Shown here: positions 61,770-64,000 of the stretch, piece by piece
Layout: each line of letters starts with the position of its first letter
Position numbering within the stretch: position 1 is the first letter of the stretch
DNA from: Alphaproteobacteria bacterium
GTDB taxonomy: Bacteria > Pseudomonadota > Alphaproteobacteria > JAAXGF01
DNA: 64,000 nucleotides
Assembly: GCA_963555825.3 (NCBI GenBank)
Contig: CAUVXB020000001.1
Span: 1,344,001 to 1,408,000 of the forward strand
Direction of reading: 5' to 3'
Made by a program: the position numbers and the translations under genes
Notes under the pieces: model-generated
Database searches by the model: none
What the model was told of the DNA's origin: nothing
Seen by the model: the letters and a program-made list of their open reading frames with translations, nothing else

Positions 61770-61814
61770 CTAGCGCAGAATCCGACCGATTCGAATCGAT
61801 CGGCCTATGCGTAG
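61770..61814. repeat. ~45-bp palindromic repeat, copy B
   Basis: CTAGCGCAGAATCCGACCGATTCGAATCGATCGGCCTATGCGTAG aligns with the reverse complement of 16912-16955. Confidence 0.55.
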
Positions 61815-61883
61815 GGCACGTACTCAGGCGGCCTTCGACCCGTCGACTGACCGCCGCCGTCCGCGCCGCCTCTTCTCGAAAAC

Positions 61884-61915
61884 GAATGGCCGCCCGGTCT
61901 CCCGGACGGCCATTC
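61884..61915 (-). terminator. Intrinsic terminator after the GMC oxidoreductase gene
   Basis: GAATGGCCG-C-CCGG-TCTC-CCGG-A-CGGCCATTC stem; the minus strand is followed by GTTTT. Confidence 0.6.
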
Positions 61916-61931
61916 AAGGTTCACCGCTTCG

Positions 61932-63503
61932 TCAGATCGCGCCGGCGGTCATTTGCCGGGCGATGTAGTCGGCTTGGCGGATCGCCAGCGACACGATGGT
62001 CAGCGTCGGGTTTTCCGCGCCGCCAGTGGTGAACTGGCTGCCGTCCGAGATGAACAGGTTGGCGATGTCGTGCGCCTGGCCATTCTTGTTGACGACGCCG
62101 TCGGACGCCTTCGCCGACATCCGGTTGGTGCCGAGATTGTGGGTCGACGGATAGGGCGGGGTCGGCAGGGTGCGCACCGCGCCGACCGCATCGTAGACCG
62201 CCGAGCCCTGCCGGTAGGCATGGTTACGCATGGCGGTGTCGTTCGGGTGGTCGGTGAAGTGCACGTTCGGCGCGGGCATGCCGTACTGGTCTTTCACCTC
62301 GGCATTCAGCGTGATGCGATTGGTCTCCTGCGGCATGTCCTCGCCCACCAGCCACATCCCGGCCATGTTCTCGTAGCCGTCCATGGCGGAGGCGAACTCG
62401 CGGCCCCAGGAGCCGGGATTGAGGAACGCGGCCATGAACGGCAGGCCGATCGACAACGTCTCCATCTCGTAGCCGCCGACGAAGCCCCGGTTCGGGTCGT
62501 TGCCCGATTCGTCCGTGATGATCCCGGCCATCGTGGTGCCGCGCCACATACGCACCGGCTGGTCGAAGATCGCATAGACCGATCCCGTCATGTGCCGCAT
62601 GTAGTTCTTGCCGACCTGGCCCGAGCTGTTTGCCAGCCCGTCCGGGAACATCGACGAAGCCGAGTTCAACAATAGCCGCGGGCTCTCGATCGAGTTCCCC
62701 GCCACGCAGACCGCCCGCGCCGCCTGGCGCTGGTGGTTGCCGTCCTTGTCGGCATAGACCACGCCCGAGACCTTGCCGCTGGCGTCGTGCTCGATGGTCA
62801 GCACATGGGCGTGCTCGCGCACCTCCAGCTTGCCGGTCGCCTCGCCCGCCGGGATTTCGATATAGGCGGTCGACCATTTGGCGCCGAACTTGCAGCCCTG
62901 GAAGCAGAAGCCGACCTGCTGACAGGCAGGCCGACCGTGGCGCGGCTGACTGTTGATCGACATCCGGCCGGTGTGACAGTTCTTGTAGCCGAGCGCGTCG
63001 GCGCCCGCCTTCATTACCTTGAAGTTGGTATTGCCGGGCAGGCCAGGGATGCCGTTGGTCCGGGTCGTGCCCATCTTGTCCTCGGCCTTGGCGTACCAGG
63101 GTTCCATCTCGGCCAGCGTGATTGGCCAGTCGAGCAGATTTGCGCCGGCGACGTCGCCATATTCGGTGCGCACCCGGAACTCGTACTCCTGGAATCGCAG
63201 GCTGGCGCCGGCCCAGTGCACGGTCGAGCCGCCGACCGCCTTGACGATCCAGGCGGGCAGCCCGGCGAAATCGCGACTGACCCGCCAGTCGCCGCTGGTC
63301 GTGCGGGCGTCGAGCCAGGCGAGCTGGCCGAAGCTCGGCCATTCGTCGTTGATGTAGTCATCGGGCAGATAGCGGCCGCCTGCTTCCAGCGCCACCACGT
63401 CGATGCCCTTCTGGGCCAGTTCATTGGCCATCGTGCCGCCGCCGGCGCCGGTGCCGATAACCACTACGACGCCGCCGTCGTTCAGATCATAAGGTGCAGC
63501 CAT
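61932..63503 (-). CDS. GMC-family oxidoreductase flavoprotein subunit
   Basis: VIGTGAGGG, VGGSTVHWAG, CQQVGFCFQGC, ESPRLLL.S, HNLGT.RM, NPTLTI..LA.R. Confidence 0.93.
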   Translation of the reverse strand: MAAPYDLNDGGVVVVIGTGAGGGTMANELAQKGIDVVALEAGGRYLPDDYINDEWPSFGQLAWLDARTTSGDWRVSRDFAGLPAWIVKAVGGSTVHWAGASLRFQEYEFRVRTEYGDVAGANLLDWPITLAEMEPWYAKAEDKMGTTRTNGIPGLPGNTNFKVMKAGADALGYKNCHTGRMSINSQPRHGRPACQQVGFCFQGCKFGAKWSTAYIEIPAGEATGKLEVREHAHVLTIEHDASGKVSGVVYADKDGNHQRQAARAVCVAGNSIESPRLLLNSASSMFPDGLANSSGQVGKNYMRHMTGSVYAIFDQPVRMWRGTTMAGIITDESGNDPNRGFVGGYEMETLSIGLPFMAAFLNPGSWGREFASAMDGYENMAGMWLVGEDMPQETNRITLNAEVKDQYGMPAPNVHFTDHPNDTAMRNHAYRQGSAVYDAVGAVRTLPTPPYPSTHNLGTNRMSAKASDGVVNKNGQAHDIANLFISDGSQFTTGGAENPTLTIVSLAIRQADYIARQMTAGAI

Positions 63504-63523
63504 GTCTCGATCCTCCCCTTCTC

Positions 63524-64000
63524 TCACAGCCACGCGATGTCGTCGAAACCACGATCGATGTAGCCGCCCTTCGAGAACGACTCACCCTCGTAGCCGAAGA
63601 CCGGCCAAATCTCTTTCTGGTTATAGAGGCCGACGACCAGCCCACCGCGGATCGCCTGGAAGAAACCGCCCGACTCGATTTGGCGCAACAGCGCCACCCG
63701 CTCGATCTCCCAGCCGACGCCCAGATAGGAGGGTGCCCCGGCAGCTTGCGCCCGGCTATCGAGATCGGCGATGCCGTCCTCGATCAGCGCCTTGTGGCCG
63801 GCATCCTCGGCCGCCTTATCGTCATGGCCCTTGACCGCGATGGCATAGATTTTGTCGGCGATCCGGTCGTGCGGATAGATATCGCGCGCCATCTGGATCA
63901 GTGTCGCCATGGTCTCGGGCGACAGCGCCTTCAACTCCACGGCCCAGGCGTCGGTCGCATGGGCCAGGAAGCCTGCCCCCGCAACGAAGGCCGCGCCCAG
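63524..64000 (-). CDS. Small partner subunit of the GMC oxidoreductase (gluconate dehydrogenase subunit 3-like); 5' end outside the window
   Basis: Q.ARDIYPHD, LYNQKE.W..FGYEGES..KGGYI.RGF.DI.WL; frame open to the window edge. Confidence 0.8.
   Translation of the reverse strand: MGAAFVAGAGFLAHATDAWAVELKALSPETMATLIQMARDIYPHDRIADKIYAIAVKGHDDKAAEDAGHKALIEDGIADLDSRAQAAGAPSYLGVGWEIERVALLRQIESGGFFQAIRGGLVVGLYNQKEIWPVFGYEGESFSKGGYIDRGFDDIAWL

Noticed and set aside
1-64000. CRISPR array, tRNA, rRNA, prophage or integron
   Set aside because: No regularly spaced repeat-spacer series, cloverleaf, rRNA-like tract, phage structural gene or tyrosine/serine integrase was seen by eye; a short RNA gene could have been missed without a covariance search.

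Overview
GC-rich bacterial chromosomal segment, most consistent with an Alphaproteobacterium (Rhodospirillales-like gene content and repeats; taxonomy is inference). The backbone carries redox genes (SDR, MOSC, glutathione peroxidase, msrA), amine and amino-acid catabolism genes (trimethylamine/histamine dehydrogenase family, class III and IV aminotransferases, orphan ectC, FAD oxidoreductases, xanthine dehydrogenase-family large subunit), a ThDP decarboxylase-hydantoinase operon, a hopanoid cluster (fused hpnC-hpnD, nucleotidyltransferase, dxs, shc, hpnG), a polar amino-acid ABC transporter and a GMC oxidoreductase. About a quarter of the window (~15.7 kb by summing the mapped ends) is insertion sequence: 11 elements of 7 families plus an IS3 remnant, with several pseudogenes. 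Most notable: (1) two cargo islands with no integrase, each bracketed by an ungapped but diverged (82-86%) duplicate of adjacent host sequence; (2) one gene hit by three different IS families that reassembles into an intact ORF; (3) three IS1380 copies that all carry the same internal amber codon; (4) an IS1202-type element carrying a hairpin of two perfect DnaA boxes; (5) an unexplained ~130-nt rod-like hairpin between gpx and msrA. No CRISPR array, tRNA or rRNA was seen.
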